Positions 25,243 to 35,802 are shown, counted from the first letter of the stretch. The stretch: 64,000 bases of DNA from Acidobacteriota bacterium (GCA_046733875.1 JBKPQB010000010.1:690-64689), one strand, 5' to 3'. Notes: generated by a model from the letters alone, not told the origin. Translations and numbers: made by a program.

Positions 25243-25478
25243 AGAATTATAACAAGAAAGAGGTGCTGTTGAAAAGGGAAATGTTAGCCGTAGGTCCTTG
25301 AAAATCTGTCACTTAGCTTGTGGAAGGATCGGTGGGTTCACGGAGGGGATTTTGGTGGGATGCTGTTGAGGTTTTACACCCCTCGGGAGGCGCACAGGTC
25401 ATCCACAGCCCGCTCTCGGCGAAGCATGTGGAAAACTCTCGCTGCCTCAACGAAACGACTCGATGAAGTTGTTGATAA
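25243..25478. other. oriC candidate (dnaA-dnaN spacer) with DnaA boxes and an AT-rich tract
   Basis: TCATCCACA 25399-25407, TGTGGAAAA 25427-25435, TGTTGAAAA 25267-25275, TGTGGAAGG 25319-25327, TGTTGATAA 25470-25478. AT-rich AAAGAATTATAACAAGAAAG near 25241-25260. Confidence 0.75.
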
Positions 25479-26778
25479 CGGTGTTGAAATCTCCTTCGCG
25501 CTGCCGCAGATCCTCGATCTTGCGAATCGAGTGGATGACGGTCGAGTGGTGCTTTCCCCCGAAGCTTTTGCCGATCTCCGGCAGCGACGCGTTCGTGAGG
25601 GTTTTGCACAGATACATCGCGATCTGCCTCGGCATGGCGACCGATTTCGAGTTGTTGCGTGACTTCAAATCGGCAAGCTTCAACTGGTAGTAGTCGGCGA
25701 CCGCCTTCTGGACGATCTCGATCGTGATCGCCTTCTCGTCGTTCTGCAGCACGTTGCGCAGCACGTCCTGCGCGAGCGGCAGCGAGATCTCTCGCCCGGT
25801 CAGCGACGCGTAGGCGATGAGGCGGATGAGCGATCCTTCGAGCTCGCGGATGTTCGACTTGATCTTGCCCGCGATGTAAATCGCGACGTTGTCGGGGAGC
25901 GGAATGCCTTCGGTTTCGGCCTTTTTCTTCAGGATCGCCGTTTTCGTCTCGAGATCCGGGGCCTGGATGTCCGCGATCAGTCCCCACTCGAACCGCGAAC
26001 GCAGGCGTTCTTCGAGCTGAGGAATCTCGTGCGGCGGGCAGTCGCTGCTGATGACGATCTGCTTCTGCGAGTCGTACAGCGCATTGAAGGTGTGAAAGAA
26101 CTCCGTTTGCGTCCCTTCCTTGCCGGCGAGGAACTGAATGTCATCGACGAGCAGCACGTCGACACTGCGGTAGCGTTCGCGAAAATCGAGCACGCGATCG
26201 TAGCGGACCGCGTTGATCATCTCGTTCATGAAGCGCTCGGACGAGATGTACGTCAGCTTCAGGTTCTTCAGGTGGTTCACCAGATAGTGCCCGATCGCAT
26301 GCATGAGATGGGTCTTCCCGAGCCCCACGCCGCCGTAGATGAACAGCGGGTTGTAGGAACGCGACGGCGCTTCCGCCACCGCACGGCAGGCGGCGTGCGC
26401 GAACTGATTCGAGGGCCCGACGACGAAGGTGTCGAAAGAATAGCGGGCGCTGAGTGCGCCGTCCCCCTCCGCGGGCTCATCGATGGCCTCCACGACCGTG
26501 ATTGCGGCGGACGGCTCGGGCGCCGGCGCTGGCGCCTCCTCCGTGACGTACGAGACTGCCGTCATCGGACGATTGAGCTCCGCAAGGGCTTCCTGGATAA
26601 CAGCCGAGTAGTGCTTCGTCAGCCAGTCGCGGAAAAGCGCGTTGGGGACGCGTACGCGCACCGCCTCGTCGCGCTCGTCGACGAAAGCCGTGGGCTTGAA
26701 CCACGTGTAGAAGCTGTGCCGGTTGACCTTGGTTTCGATCCGCGAAAGGACCTGATCCCAGAGATTAGTGCCCGTCAT
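25447..26778 (-). CDS. dnaA: Chromosomal replication initiator
   Basis: YSFDTFVVGPSNQFA, YNPLFIYGGVGLGKTHL, LLVDDIQF, RLRSRFEWGL, GGKHHSTVIH. Confidence 0.99.
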   Translation of the reverse strand: MTGTNLWDQVLSRIETKVNRHSFYTWFKPTAFVDERDEAVRVRVPNALFRDWLTKHYSAVIQEALAELNRPMTAVSYVTEEAPAPAPEPSAAITVVEAIDEPAEGDGALSARYSFDTFVVGPSNQFAHAACRAVAEAPSRSYNPLFIYGGVGLGKTHLMHAIGHYLVNHLKNLKLTYISSERFMNEMINAVRYDRVLDFRERYRSVDVLLVDDIQFLAGKEGTQTEFFHTFNALYDSQKQIVISSDCPPHEIPQLEERLRSRFEWGLIADIQAPDLETKTAILKKKAETEGIPLPDNVAIYIAGKIKSNIRELEGSLIRLIAYASLTGREISLPLAQDVLRNVLQNDEKAITIEIVQKAVADYYQLKLADLKSRNNSKSVAMPRQIAMYLCKTLTNASLPEIGKSFGGKHHSTVIHSIRKIEDLRQREGDFNTVINNFIESFR

Positions 26779-26892
26779 GATTACGATTCCGGGACCTTTC
26801 GCCTTCGGCGGCGCCTGTTGTCAGGGCGGCTGACGGTCGAGGTCTCACAATTCACCGTCAGATACAAGCGATTTCGACCTTCGCCTCCGGGT

Positions 26893-26924
26893 TTTTCCAC
26901 ATTTTTTTCCACACCTGTGGAAAA
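26893..26924. promoter_or_regulatory. Cluster of three DnaA boxes upstream of dnaA
   Basis: TTTTCCACA 26893-26901, TTTTCCACA 26905-26913, TGTGGAAAA 26916-26924. Confidence 0.85.
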
Positions 26925-26961
26925 CTTCGGGGCCTGACCCTACCGCCGGCGCGGGGAACGG

Positions 26962-26991
26962 ACTGTAGCATAGGGGTTCGAAGTGTGACAA
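26962..26991 (-). promoter_or_regulatory. dnaA promoter
   Basis: Minus strand TTGTCA, 18 bp, TG-c-TACAGT. Confidence 0.55.
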
Positions 26992-27015
26992 ACGCCCTTA
27001 TTTTCCGGGCCTGAA

Positions 27016-27045
27016 TTGACAGGGCTCTTCAGGCTTCGCTACTAT
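27016..27045 (+). promoter_or_regulatory. rpmH operon promoter
   Basis: TTGACA 27016-27021, 18-bp spacer, TACTAT 27040-27045. Confidence 0.7.
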
Positions 27046-27095
27046 CGTGGTTTCTCCGATTTCGCAGGAATCGCGGCGACTAGGCTGGCATCATC

Positions 27096-27242
27096 ATGAA
27101 GCGGACGTATCAACCGAATCGACGGCACCGGAAACGTACACACGGATTTCTGGTGCGGATGAGCACGAAGAACGGGCGTCTGGTGCTGAAGCGGCGCCGC
27201 GCCAAGGGGCGAAAGCGCCTGAGCGTTTCGGCGTCCCGCTGA
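27096..27242 (+). CDS. rpmH: 50S ribosomal protein L34
   Basis: Manual translation [48 protein letters not shown] (48 aa, below the ORF-track cutoff). Confidence 0.98.
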   Translation: MKRTYQPNRRHRKRTHGFLVRMSTKNGRLVLKRRRAKGRKRLSVSASR

Positions 27243-27300
27243 CAGGCACACGAAGCCACCATCAGTCCGGAGGCGGCTCCGCCCGCCCGGCGTCATTCCC

Positions 27301-27681
27301 ATGTCGTCGCAGACTCTGCCCCGCGCCCGCCGGCTGCGCCGCCGGACCGAGTTCAAGCGGGTGTTCGACAGCGGGCGCAGAGTGCATGGCCGATATTTCA
27401 CCATCATCGCGTCTCCTGGCGCGGGTGACCGCGCCGTCGACAGCGAACCGGCCGGGCCCGTCCGGCTCGGCATTGTCGCGTCGCGCCGTCTTGGGGGCGC
27501 GGTGGTGAGAAATCGCGCAAAACGTCTGATTCGAGAGGTTTTCAGAACGGAAGCCCAACTCCGCCCTGCGCTCGACCTGATTGTGATTCCCAAGCGCGCC
27601 CTGCTCGACGCTCCGTGGTCCGCCCTGCGCGACGACTTCCGCACGACGCTCCGCCGGTGCGGGCGGCCGGCACCGAGATGA
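27301..27681 (+). CDS. rnpA: Ribonuclease P protein component
   Basis: RLRRRTEFKRVF, RLGIVASRRLGGAVVRNRAKRLIRE (RNR motif), canonical position. Confidence 0.95.
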   Translation: MSSQTLPRARRLRRRTEFKRVFDSGRRVHGRYFTIIASPGAGDRAVDSEPAGPVRLGIVASRRLGGAVVRNRAKRLIREVFRTEAQLRPALDLIVIPKRALLDAPWSALRDDFRTTLRRCGRPAPR

Positions 27682-27929
27682 CGATCACCGCCCGTCTGGC
27701 GCTTGGCGCTATTCGATTGTACCAGTTGACCTTGTCGTCAATGACCGGCGGCGCGTGCCGCTTCGTGCCCTCGTGCTCCGTCTACGCCACCGATGCGATC
27801 CGGACCCACGGGACGTGCCGGGGGACGCTCCTCGCGCTTCGCAGACTCGCGCGGTGCCACCCGCTCGGCGGCTCGGGGCTCGATCAGGTTCCTCCCCGGC
27901 GAGCCGACGGGCCGCTCTCGGGGAACTAA
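27678..27929 (+). CDS. yidD: Membrane protein insertion efficiency factor
   Basis: YQLTLS, CRFVPSCSVYA, RLARCHPLGGSG. ATGA overlap with rnpA. Confidence 0.93.
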   Translation: MTITARLALGAIRLYQLTLSSMTGGACRFVPSCSVYATDAIRTHGTCRGTLLALRRLARCHPLGGSGLDQVPPRRADGPLSGN

Positions 27930-27938
27930 CTCTCGTCC

Positions 27939-29666
27939 ATGCAGCGCAACGTTCTGCTGTTCGTCGTGCTCTCGTTCCTGGTGATCGCCGGGTTTCAGTT
28001 CTTGATGCCGTCGAAGCCGGAACAGGTGCCCCCGCGAGCATCGACCACTGCGACTACCGCAAAACCCGCAAAGCCATCCCCTCCACCGCCGTCGTCGTCG
28101 CCCGCGTCCGCACCGTCGTCCACCGGGAGTTCGCCCGCGTCCGCCAGTTCGCCGTCTGAGGAGGGACGCGACATCACCGTAGACAATGCGTTCGTGCGAG
28201 CGACGTTCACGACGCGGGGCGGCGCGCTCAAGAGCTGGCGGTTGAAGAAGTACCACGACACCGCAGGTGTGCTGTTGGAGCTGGTGCCGCAGACGGTCGG
28301 AGCGGATGTCCCGTTGCCGTTCACGCTGAGCGTCCAGGATGCTGCGCTCTCGAGCGAGCTGCAGAACGGCAGCTTCACACCGAGCGCAGACGCGCTGCAC
28401 GTCGAGCAGGGGCAGCAGTCGCTGCGCTTCGATTTTCGCAGCGCGAGCGGCCTCGAAGCGCACAAGACGTTTACCTTCTCGGCGGCGCAGCCGTACCTCC
28501 TCACGTTCTCGGCGTCGGTGACCCGCGCGGGTCAGCCCGTGAACTTCACGCTACACGGGGGCCCTTCGATCGGCGGCGGCCTCGTGCCGCACTCCCGCGG
28601 CTACAATCCGCCCTCGCAGCCGATCTACTTCAAGGACGGCAGCATCAAGCGCGTCGCGCAGGACAAGATTCCGGCGCAAGCGGTCCAGGAAGGCACGTTT
28701 GGGTTCGTCGGCGTGGACGATCACTACTTCCTCGACGCCCTCGTTGCGCCCCAGGCGCCGCTTCGCGTGGAGTACCAGCCGCTCGCGATTCCGATCGAAG
28801 GGAATCCTGCCGGCGCACACTTCGTGCGCTGGTGGATGAACTTCCCCGCTCCGCCGACCAACACGACGTTTTTTCTCGGCCCGAAGGATTTCGACGTCCT
28901 CGCCGCCGTCGATCGCAACCTCGTGCGAGCGATCGACTTCGGCATGTTCGCGTGGCTCGCCGTCCCGCTCCTGCGTGCGCTCAAGTGGATCAACGGCTTC
29001 GCCGGCAACTACGGATGGTCCGTCATCATCCTCACGGTGCTGATCAACCTCGCGATGTTCCCGCTCCGGCACAAGAGCGTGGTCTCGATGCGGAAGATGC
29101 AGGAGATTCAGCCCGAGGTGAAGGCGATCCAGGATCGCTACGCCAAGCTGAAGATGAGCGATCCGGCGCGCTCGAAGATGAACGTCGAGCTGATGAATCT
29201 CTACCGCGAACGCGGGGTCAACCCCGCGAGCGGCTGCGTCCCGATGCTCCTGACGTTCCCGGTTCTGTTCGCGTTCTACTCGCTTCTCGCCGTCGCAATC
29301 GAGTTGCGCGGCGCGCCGTTCATCTTCTGGATTCACGATCTGGTCGCGCCCGACCCGTACTACGTCCTCCCCGTGCTCATGGGGGCGACGATGTTCTTTC
29401 AGCAGAGGATGACGCCGACAACCGCGGATCCGATGCAGCAGAAGATGATGCTGGTCATGCCGGTCGTCCTCGCCGGCATGTCGCTCTGGTGGTCGAGCGG
29501 TCTCCTGCTCTACTGGACCGTGAGCAATCTCTGGGGCATCGGGCAGCAGATGATCACGAATCGTCTCATCGGGCCGATGCAGCAGCGGACCGTCCGCCCA
29601 CCAGCGGAGCGGCGGATGAAAAAGGCGGGCAGCGGGCGCACCGATCAGGCGAAGGAGCACGAGTAA
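27939..29666 (+). CDS. yidC: Membrane protein insertase
   Basis: N-terminal anchor, periplasmic domain, IDFGMFAWLA, GNYGWSVIILT, GCVPML, ELRGAPF, DPYYVLP. Confidence 0.97.
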   Translation: MQRNVLLFVVLSFLVIAGFQFLMPSKPEQVPPRASTTATTAKPAKPSPPPPSSSPASAPSSTGSSPASASSPSEEGRDITVDNAFVRATFTTRGGALKSWRLKKYHDTAGVLLELVPQTVGADVPLPFTLSVQDAALSSELQNGSFTPSADALHVEQGQQSLRFDFRSASGLEAHKTFTFSAAQPYLLTFSASVTRAGQPVNFTLHGGPSIGGGLVPHSRGYNPPSQPIYFKDGSIKRVAQDKIPAQAVQEGTFGFVGVDDHYFLDALVAPQAPLRVEYQPLAIPIEGNPAGAHFVRWWMNFPAPPTNTTFFLGPKDFDVLAAVDRNLVRAIDFGMFAWLAVPLLRALKWINGFAGNYGWSVIILTVLINLAMFPLRHKSVVSMRKMQEIQPEVKAIQDRYAKLKMSDPARSKMNVELMNLYRERGVNPASGCVPMLLTFPVLFAFYSLLAVAIELRGAPFIFWIHDLVAPDPYYVLPVLMGATMFFQQRMTPTTADPMQQKMMLVMPVVLAGMSLWWSSGLLLYWTVSNLWGIGQQMITNRLIGPMQQRTVRPPAERRMKKAGSGRTDQAKEHE

Positions 29667-30115
29667 TGGACGTGCAGCAGAAGGTCGCCGGCTTCATGAC
29701 GGACGTTCTGTCTGCGATGGGACTGGCGCTCGACGTCCACGTCGAGGACACATCGGACGCCATTCGCATCGAGTTGTCGGGCGACGGCGGCGAAGTGCTG
29801 CTGCGCCGCAAGGCGGAGGCGCTCGACGCGCTGCAGCAGATCGTCAACACCGGCTTCCGGCGCGAGCTGAAGGACGACCGCAGCTTCGTCGTCGACTGCA
29901 TGGATTACCGTAAGGCGAAAGACGCCGAGCTGCGCCAGATGGCCCGGTTCATGATGGAGAAGGCGCGCAATTCCGGCTCGCCGCAGGAAATGGGGCCGCT
30001 CAATCCGTACTGCCGCCGGCTGGTGCACCTGACCGTCGCGGAAGATCCGCAGATGACGTCCGAGAGCATTGGCGACGCATATTTGAAGACCGTCATCATC
30101 TCCGCACGGCGCTGA
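29666..30115 (+). CDS. jag: Jag/KhpB-like RNA-binding protein (KH + R3H only)
   Basis: LDALQQIVN, VDCMDYRK, PYCRRLVH (R3H), canonical position between yidC and mnmE. 149 aa. Confidence 0.85.
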   Translation: MDVQQKVAGFMTDVLSAMGLALDVHVEDTSDAIRIELSGDGGEVLLRRKAEALDALQQIVNTGFRRELKDDRSFVVDCMDYRKAKDAELRQMARFMMEKARNSGSPQEMGPLNPYCRRLVHLTVAEDPQMTSESIGDAYLKTVIISARR

Positions 30116-30125
30116 CGCATTGGGT

Positions 30126-30178
30126 CGCGGGCCTCAACGGCCCGCGCTAGGTACGTGAAGCGGCCCTCTCAGGGTCGC
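30126..30178. repeat. REP-like hairpin doublet
   Basis: CGCGGGCC-TCAAC-GGCCCGCG-CTAG, then GTGA-A-GCGGCCCT-CTC-AGGGTCGC. Confidence 0.6.
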
Positions 30179-30196
30179 CCGAATTCCAGCAGAAAG

Positions 30197-31540
30197 ATGT
30201 TCTCCACCGACGACACGATCGTGGCGATTGCCACTCCTCCCGGACGGGGGGCGATCGGCATCGTCCGCCTCAGCGGCGCGTCAGCGCTGGCGATCGCATG
30301 CGCGCTGACGATGCGAACGGCGCTGCGGCCGCGGCACGCGACGTTCTGCCGCGTGACGAGCGACGAGGGCGCCGCGCTGGACGAGGTCATCGTCACCTTC
30401 TTTCCAGCGCCGCGATCGTACACGGGCGAAGATCTCGTAGAGATCTCTGCGCACGGTACTCCGACCATCCTCGAGCAGATCGTGAGAGCGGCGGTGCGCA
30501 CCGGAGCGCGGCTGGCGAATCCTGGTGAGTTCACGCTCCGTGCGTACCTGAATGGCCGCATCGATCTCGTGCAGGCGGAAGCCGTGGCCGATCTCGTCGA
30601 TGCGGTGACGCCGGCACAGGCTCGGCTTGCCTTCGATCAGCTCGAAGGGACGCTCACGACGCGCTTGCGGACGCTGGATGCGCGGCTGCTCGACGCGATC
30701 GCTCCGCTCGAAGCCTCGCTCGACTTCCCGGAGGAGGGGTATCACTTCACCGATACCGAGAGGACGTCGACACTGCTGAACGGTCTTGCCGCCGATCTGG
30801 ACGTGCTGCTCGCGGATGCCGTCCGCGGCCGGCTCATTCGTGAAGGCCTGACGGTTGCGATCGCAGGACGACCAAATGTTGGAAAGTCGAGCCTGTTCAA
30901 CAGGCTCGCCGGAGCCGCCCGCGCGATCGTGACCGACGTCCCAGGCACCACGCGTGATCTCCTGACGGAGCGTATCGACATCGGCGGGATCCCGATGACG
31001 CTCGTCGATACCGCAGGCCTTCGCGACGGGAGCGAAGATGCCATCGAGGAGGAAGGCATCTCGCGCGCGCGGCAGGCCGGCGCTGCAGCGGACGTGCTGC
31101 TTCTCGTCCTGGATGGATCCGAGCCGCTCTCGGAGGCCGATCGTTCCTTGCTCCACGAGACGCCGCGGCGTGCGCGCGTAATCGTCGCGAGCAAATCGGA
31201 TCTTCCGCCGGCGTGGCGGAACGAAGACGTGGACGCGCTGCCAGTTTCGTCGCTGACCGACGAAGGCATTGACGCACTCCGTGCGGCGCTGGCGAGCGCG
31301 GCGTCCCCGGTGCCCGGACGCGATCGCCCGGCGATTTCCAACCTGCGCCACGCCGATCTCCTGACGCGGGCGAAGGACGCGATCGCGCGCGCATCGGCGG
31401 CGGCAGCGGACGGGGTGCCCGAGGAACTGGTCCTCGCCGATCTGCACGAGGCGCGCGGGTATTTCGACGACGTGGCGGGTGTGCGTGCGCCCGACGAGGT
31501 GCTGCACGCGATCTTCGCGCGCTTCTGCATCGGCAAATAG
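30197..31540 (+). CDS. mnmE: tRNA modification GTPase
   Basis: [50 protein letters not shown]-terminal FCIGK. Confidence 0.97.
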   Translation: MFSTDDTIVAIATPPGRGAIGIVRLSGASALAIACALTMRTALRPRHATFCRVTSDEGAALDEVIVTFFPAPRSYTGEDLVEISAHGTPTILEQIVRAAVRTGARLANPGEFTLRAYLNGRIDLVQAEAVADLVDAVTPAQARLAFDQLEGTLTTRLRTLDARLLDAIAPLEASLDFPEEGYHFTDTERTSTLLNGLAADLDVLLADAVRGRLIREGLTVAIAGRPNVGKSSLFNRLAGAARAIVTDVPGTTRDLLTERIDIGGIPMTLVDTAGLRDGSEDAIEEEGISRARQAGAAADVLLLVLDGSEPLSEADRSLLHETPRRARVIVASKSDLPPAWRNEDVDALPVSSLTDEGIDALRAALASAASPVPGRDRPAISNLRHADLLTRAKDAIARASAAAADGVPEELVLADLHEARGYFDDVAGVRAPDEVLHAIFARFCIGK

Positions 31541-31559
31541 AGACATACGTAAGTCATCA

Positions 31560-33365
31560 ATGCTGCACCACGAGGTCATCGTGATTGGCGCGGGGCACGC
31601 GGGGGTGGAAGCCGCCTGGGCAGCTGCACGCATGGGATGCGACGTGGCGGTCTGCACGCTGTCGCGCGAGACGATCGCCCACATGCCGTGCAATCCCGCC
31701 GTTGGCGGGACAGCGAAAGGACACCTGGTTCGGGAGATCGACGCCCTAGGCGGCCTCATGGGGCTCGCGATTGACGCGACCGGCATTCAGTTCAAGCTGC
31801 TGAACCGCAGCCGCGGCCCGGCGGTGTGGTCGCCGCGCGCGCAGGCCGACAAGCGCCAGTACGGCCGGTGGGTGCGTGAGACGCTCGAGGGTCTCCCGAA
31901 CCTTTCCTGGATCGTCGGCAAGGCTGGGCGGATCCTCGTCGAGCACGGCCGCGTTCGGGGCCTCGCGTTGGAGGATGGAACCGAGTATCGCTGCGATGCG
32001 CTGATCGTGACGACCGGTACGTTCCTGAATGGCCTGGTGCACGTGGGCCCCGAGCAGCGGCCCGCGGGACGCGCGGGTGAGCCGCCGTCACGCGACCTCG
32101 CCGAATCGTTGAAATCGTTCGGGTTTACGTGGGGACGTCTGAAGACCGGCACGCCTCCGCGCCTCCACCGCCGGAGCATCGACTTTTCGAAGTTCCGGGA
32201 GGAGCGGGGCGATGAGCCACCGGTGCCTTTCTCGTTTCTCACTCCTGCGATCCAACGACCGCAGATCTCATGTCATCTGGTGCACACGACGGAGCGCGTG
32301 CACGACCTCGTTCGGGCGCACATCAGCCAGTCGCCACTCTACAACGGGCAGATCTCAGGAATCGGACCGCGATACTGCCCATCGCTCGAGGACAAAATCA
32401 TGCGGTTTCCTCATAGGGAACGGCATCAGATCTTCCTCGAGCCCGAGGGCATCGACGTCGACGAGATTTACGTCAACGGGTTCTCGATGAGCCTTCCGTC
32501 GGATGTGCAGCGGCACATCGTGCAGGCCATGCCTGGCCTGGAGGATGCGGAGATGCTGAGGCCGGGCTACGCCGTCGAGTACGACTTCATTCAGCCGACC
32601 GAGCTGCGCAGGACGCTCGAAACGCAACGTGTCTCCGGGCTGTTTCTCGCCGGCCAGATTAACGGCACTTCCGGCTATGAGGAAGCAGCGGCGCAAGGCT
32701 TGATGGCTGGGGTAAACGCCGCGCGGTCCGTCCGTCGATCCGACCCGGTCGTGTTCGGGCGCAACGAGGCGTATATCGGGGTCATGATCGATGACCTGAC
32801 CACACGAGGCTGCCTCGAACCGTACCGCATGTTCACCTCGCGCGCGGAACACCGTCTGCTTCTCCGAACGGACAATGCGGACCTGCGCCTGACGCCCCGC
32901 GGGCGCGCGTTCGCGCTTGTCGACGATCGGCGATGGCGCATGTTTATGGACCGTCGGGAGCGCTTCCGCAGGAACATGGAGAAGATCGGGCGCTTTTCGA
33001 TCGAGGTGAACGGTGTCCGGACCGCCGCCGCGCGCGCGCTGATGCGGCCCGGGACGGACGTGACCGCCATCGCAGCCACGCTGCCGCTCGAAATCACCAA
33101 TGCGCACGTCGATCTGGCGACCATCGAAACGGAGTTCCGGTATGCCGGCTACCTCCGGCGGGAGATCCGAGCCGTTGAGCGTCTGCAGAAGCAGGAGTCA
33201 CGTGGAATTCCGTCGACCTTCATATATGACGGCATTCCCGGGCTGTCGCGAGAGATGGTTGAGAGGCTCGCTGCCGTGCGGCCGGAGACGCTCGGTCAGG
33301 CCGGCCGGATACCCGGCGTGACGCCGGCGGCGGTTGCATTGATCGCCGCCCGCTTGAACCGATAG
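31560..33365 (+). CDS. mnmG: tRNA uridine 5-carboxymethylaminomethyl modification enzyme
   Basis: [63 protein letters not shown]. Confidence 0.98.
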   Translation: MLHHEVIVIGAGHAGVEAAWAAARMGCDVAVCTLSRETIAHMPCNPAVGGTAKGHLVREIDALGGLMGLAIDATGIQFKLLNRSRGPAVWSPRAQADKRQYGRWVRETLEGLPNLSWIVGKAGRILVEHGRVRGLALEDGTEYRCDALIVTTGTFLNGLVHVGPEQRPAGRAGEPPSRDLAESLKSFGFTWGRLKTGTPPRLHRRSIDFSKFREERGDEPPVPFSFLTPAIQRPQISCHLVHTTERVHDLVRAHISQSPLYNGQISGIGPRYCPSLEDKIMRFPHRERHQIFLEPEGIDVDEIYVNGFSMSLPSDVQRHIVQAMPGLEDAEMLRPGYAVEYDFIQPTELRRTLETQRVSGLFLAGQINGTSGYEEAAAQGLMAGVNAARSVRRSDPVVFGRNEAYIGVMIDDLTTRGCLEPYRMFTSRAEHRLLLRTDNADLRLTPRGRAFALVDDRRWRMFMDRRERFRRNMEKIGRFSIEVNGVRTAAARALMRPGTDVTAIAATLPLEITNAHVDLATIETEFRYAGYLRREIRAVERLQKQESRGIPSTFIYDGIPGLSREMVERLAAVRPETLGQAGRIPGVTPAAVALIAARLNR

Positions 33366-33380
33366 CGATAGCCTCTCCCA

Positions 33381-34040
33381 ATGGATTCGGAGGTCCGGGA
33401 TCGTCTGCTCACTCGCGCCGCGGCGGCGCAGGTGAAAATTCCCGACCCGCTCTGCGACCGACTGCTGGCGTATTACGCCCTTCTTGTTCGCTGGAATCGG
33501 GTCGTCAATCTTACGTCCCTGGACGATTTGGATGCCGCGCTCGACCGACTTCTGATCGAGCCTCTTGCGGCGGCGCCCCGCCTGCCAGCGTCCGCATTTC
33601 TCGTAGACCTTGGGTCCGGTGGTGGCTCCCCTGCTATCCCGCTTGCCATCGCGCTCTCCGCGTCAGAGCTCGAGATGATCGAGTCGCGAACGCGAAAGGC
33701 GGCATTTTTGCGCGAAGTCGTTCGCGAGCTCGGCATCAACGCACGAGTCGAGCCGGCCCGATTTGATGACGCCCTCCAGGGCAGGACACTGCGGGCGCCC
33801 GCGGTGATTTCGGCGCGTGCGATTCGGCTCGGAGCGGGTCACTTTCAAACGATCGCCCGAGCCCTTCCGGAGGGATCGCTGGTGGCACTTTTCCTGGCAT
33901 CCTCTCAGGGCATCCCGGCGACCGAATATCCCTCGACGCTGCGAGAGGTTGGGAGGTATCCTCTGGTGCCGACCAACCAAAGCAGCCTTACCCTACTCAG
34001 CAAGATCTCGGGCGATGTTCCACGTGGAACAGTCGTATAG
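33381..34040 (+). CDS. rsmG: 16S rRNA m7G527 methyltransferase
   Basis: WNRVVNLTS, DLGSGGGSPAIPLAI, IESRTRKAAFL, ISARA. Located between mnmG and parA. Confidence 0.9.
   Translation: MDSEVRDRLLTRAAAAQVKIPDPLCDRLLAYYALLVRWNRVVNLTSLDDLDAALDRLLIEPLAAAPRLPASAFLVDLGSGGGSPAIPLAIALSASELEMIESRTRKAAFLREVVRELGINARVEPARFDDALQGRTLRAPAVISARAIRLGAGHFQTIARALPEGSLVALFLASSQGIPATEYPSTLREVGRYPLVPTNQSSLTLLSKISGDVPRGTVV
34016..34031. promoter_or_regulatory. parS centromere site
   Basis: Perfect palindrome TGTTCCACGTGGAACA matching the widespread parS consensus, inside the rsmG 3' end, 35 bp before parA. Confidence 0.93.
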
Positions 34041-34066
34041 ACGCGCATTGTTGGTCGTTTAACCTA

Positions 34067-34870
34067 ATGAGTCGGATCCTTGCGGTTGCCAATCAGAAGG
34101 GCGGGGTCGGGAAGACGACCACGGCTATTAATCTCGCGACGGCGCTCGCGATCGCGAAACAGCAGATCCTGGTCGTCGACATGGATCCCCAGGGCAACCT
34201 GACGAGCGGGTTCGGCCTGAAGGGCCGCGCCGCGCAGGCGGGGACCATCTACGAGGCGCTCACCAACGCGGAGCCGCCCGAGGATCCGGCGACGTTCGTC
34301 CTCGACACCTCCGTCAAAGGGCTTTCGCTGATCCCCGCGGACCGGAATCTGACGGGTGCCGAAGTGGAGTTGGTCACGCTTCCCAATCGGGAGCGGAGGC
34401 TCCGCGATCTCGTGTCGCCGCTGCGCGATCGCTTCGATTTCGTCTTCATCGACACGCCGCCGTCGCTCGGGCTGCTCACGCTGAACGCGCTCGTCGCAGC
34501 GGACGCCGTGCTGATTCCGCTCAACTGCGAGTATTTCGCGCTGGAGGGGCTCGCCGATCTCGTCGCGACGCTACGGCGTGTTCGGGGCGCGCTCAACCCG
34601 TCGCTCGACATCGCGGGCGTGTTGATGACCATGTACGACGAGCGGACCAACCTGGGCCAACAGGTCGCGCGAGACATCCGCGAGTTCTTCCAGGATCGTG
34701 TGTTCTCCACGGTCATCCCGCGGAATATCCGGCTTGGCGAAGCGCCGAGCCACGGAGTCCCGGCCATCCTCTACGACGTCAAATCGCGCGGCGCCGAAGC
34801 GTACCTCGCGCTGGCGCGCGAGCTGCTCGCGCGTGAGAGCGCCGCCGCACCGGAGCCTCAGCATGGTTGA
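34067..34870 (+). CDS. parA: Chromosome partitioning ATPase ParA/Soj
   Basis: NQKGGVGKTTT, DMDPQGN, DTPPSLG, EYFALEG, IPRNIRLGEAPSHG. Confidence 0.97.
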   Translation: MSRILAVANQKGGVGKTTTAINLATALAIAKQQILVVDMDPQGNLTSGFGLKGRAAQAGTIYEALTNAEPPEDPATFVLDTSVKGLSLIPADRNLTGAEVELVTLPNRERRLRDLVSPLRDRFDFVFIDTPPSLGLLTLNALVAADAVLIPLNCEYFALEGLADLVATLRRVRGALNPSLDIAGVLMTMYDERTNLGQQVARDIREFFQDRVFSTVIPRNIRLGEAPSHGVPAILYDVKSRGAEAYLALARELLARESAAAPEPQHG

Positions 34871-35714
34871 GAAGCGTCCCGCGCTCGGCCGCGGCCTGAG
34901 CGCGTTGATTCCCGATGCCCCTGTGACCGCGGCGCCGGCCGACCGCGCCCTTGAGGTGGACACGGATCTGCTCCGCCCGAACCGCTTCCAGCCGCGCACG
35001 GACATGGACGAGGAGCGGATCGAGGAGCTAGCGCGCTCGATTCGCTCGAACGGCATCATTCAGCCGATCGTCGTTCGTCGGGCGGAAGGCGCGTATGAGA
35101 TCGTCGCCGGTGAGCGGCGCTGGCGTGCGGCGCAGCGCGCGGGTCTGCTGAAGGTGCCGATCGTCGTCCGAGAGATTCCCGACGACCGGCTGCTGGCCGT
35201 CGCGCTGATCGAGAACATCCAGCGGCAGGATCTGAATCCGATCGAGGAGGCGCAAGCGTACCGGCGGCTCGCCGACGACTTTCACCTCACGCAGGAGGCG
35301 ATCGCCGACGCTGTTGGAAAAGATCGATCTTCGGTCGCGAATTACCTGCGCCTGCTGCGGCTGCCGCAGGAGATCCGCACGAGCGTCGCGTCCGGCGCGC
35401 TGTCGATGGGACACGCGCGCGCGCTCCTCGGCCTCGCGGACGAAGGACTGCTTCTCCAGCTCGCGCGCGATGTCGTGTCTACAAACCTCTCCGTGCGTGA
35501 GACCGAAGAGCGCATTCGCAAGGCGCAGCAGCCGTCCGCGCCGAAGGCGGAGCCGGTCAAGGACGTCCACACGCGCGCCGCGGAAGACAAACTGCGGCTC
35601 TCCCTCGGCACCCGCGTCCGCATCGTCCGAAAGGGGAAGGGTGGACGGATCGAAATCGATTTCGGGAACGAAGACGAGTTGCAGCGGCTCTACGAGATGT
35701 TGACTGGGGGGTAG
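34863..35714 (+). CDS. parB: Chromosome partitioning protein ParB
   Basis: ALGRGLSALI, QPR, GIIQPIVVR, AGERRWRA, ENIQRQDLNPIEEA, HTH, GHARALL. Confidence 0.97.
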   Translation: MVEKRPALGRGLSALIPDAPVTAAPADRALEVDTDLLRPNRFQPRTDMDEERIEELARSIRSNGIIQPIVVRRAEGAYEIVAGERRWRAAQRAGLLKVPIVVREIPDDRLLAVALIENIQRQDLNPIEEAQAYRRLADDFHLTQEAIADAVGKDRSSVANYLRLLRLPQEIRTSVASGALSMGHARALLGLADEGLLLQLARDVVSTNLSVRETEERIRKAQQPSAPKAEPVKDVHTRAAEDKLRLSLGTRVRIVRKGKGGRIEIDFGNEDELQRLYEMLTGG

Positions 35715-35802
35715 AGCGGGTTCGGTTCAGAACCGGAGCCTGAATTACGTGAACCTTTCAACCCCGAACGCGAGCGCAGCGAGCGAATTGAAGCGAGCGA
35801 CG

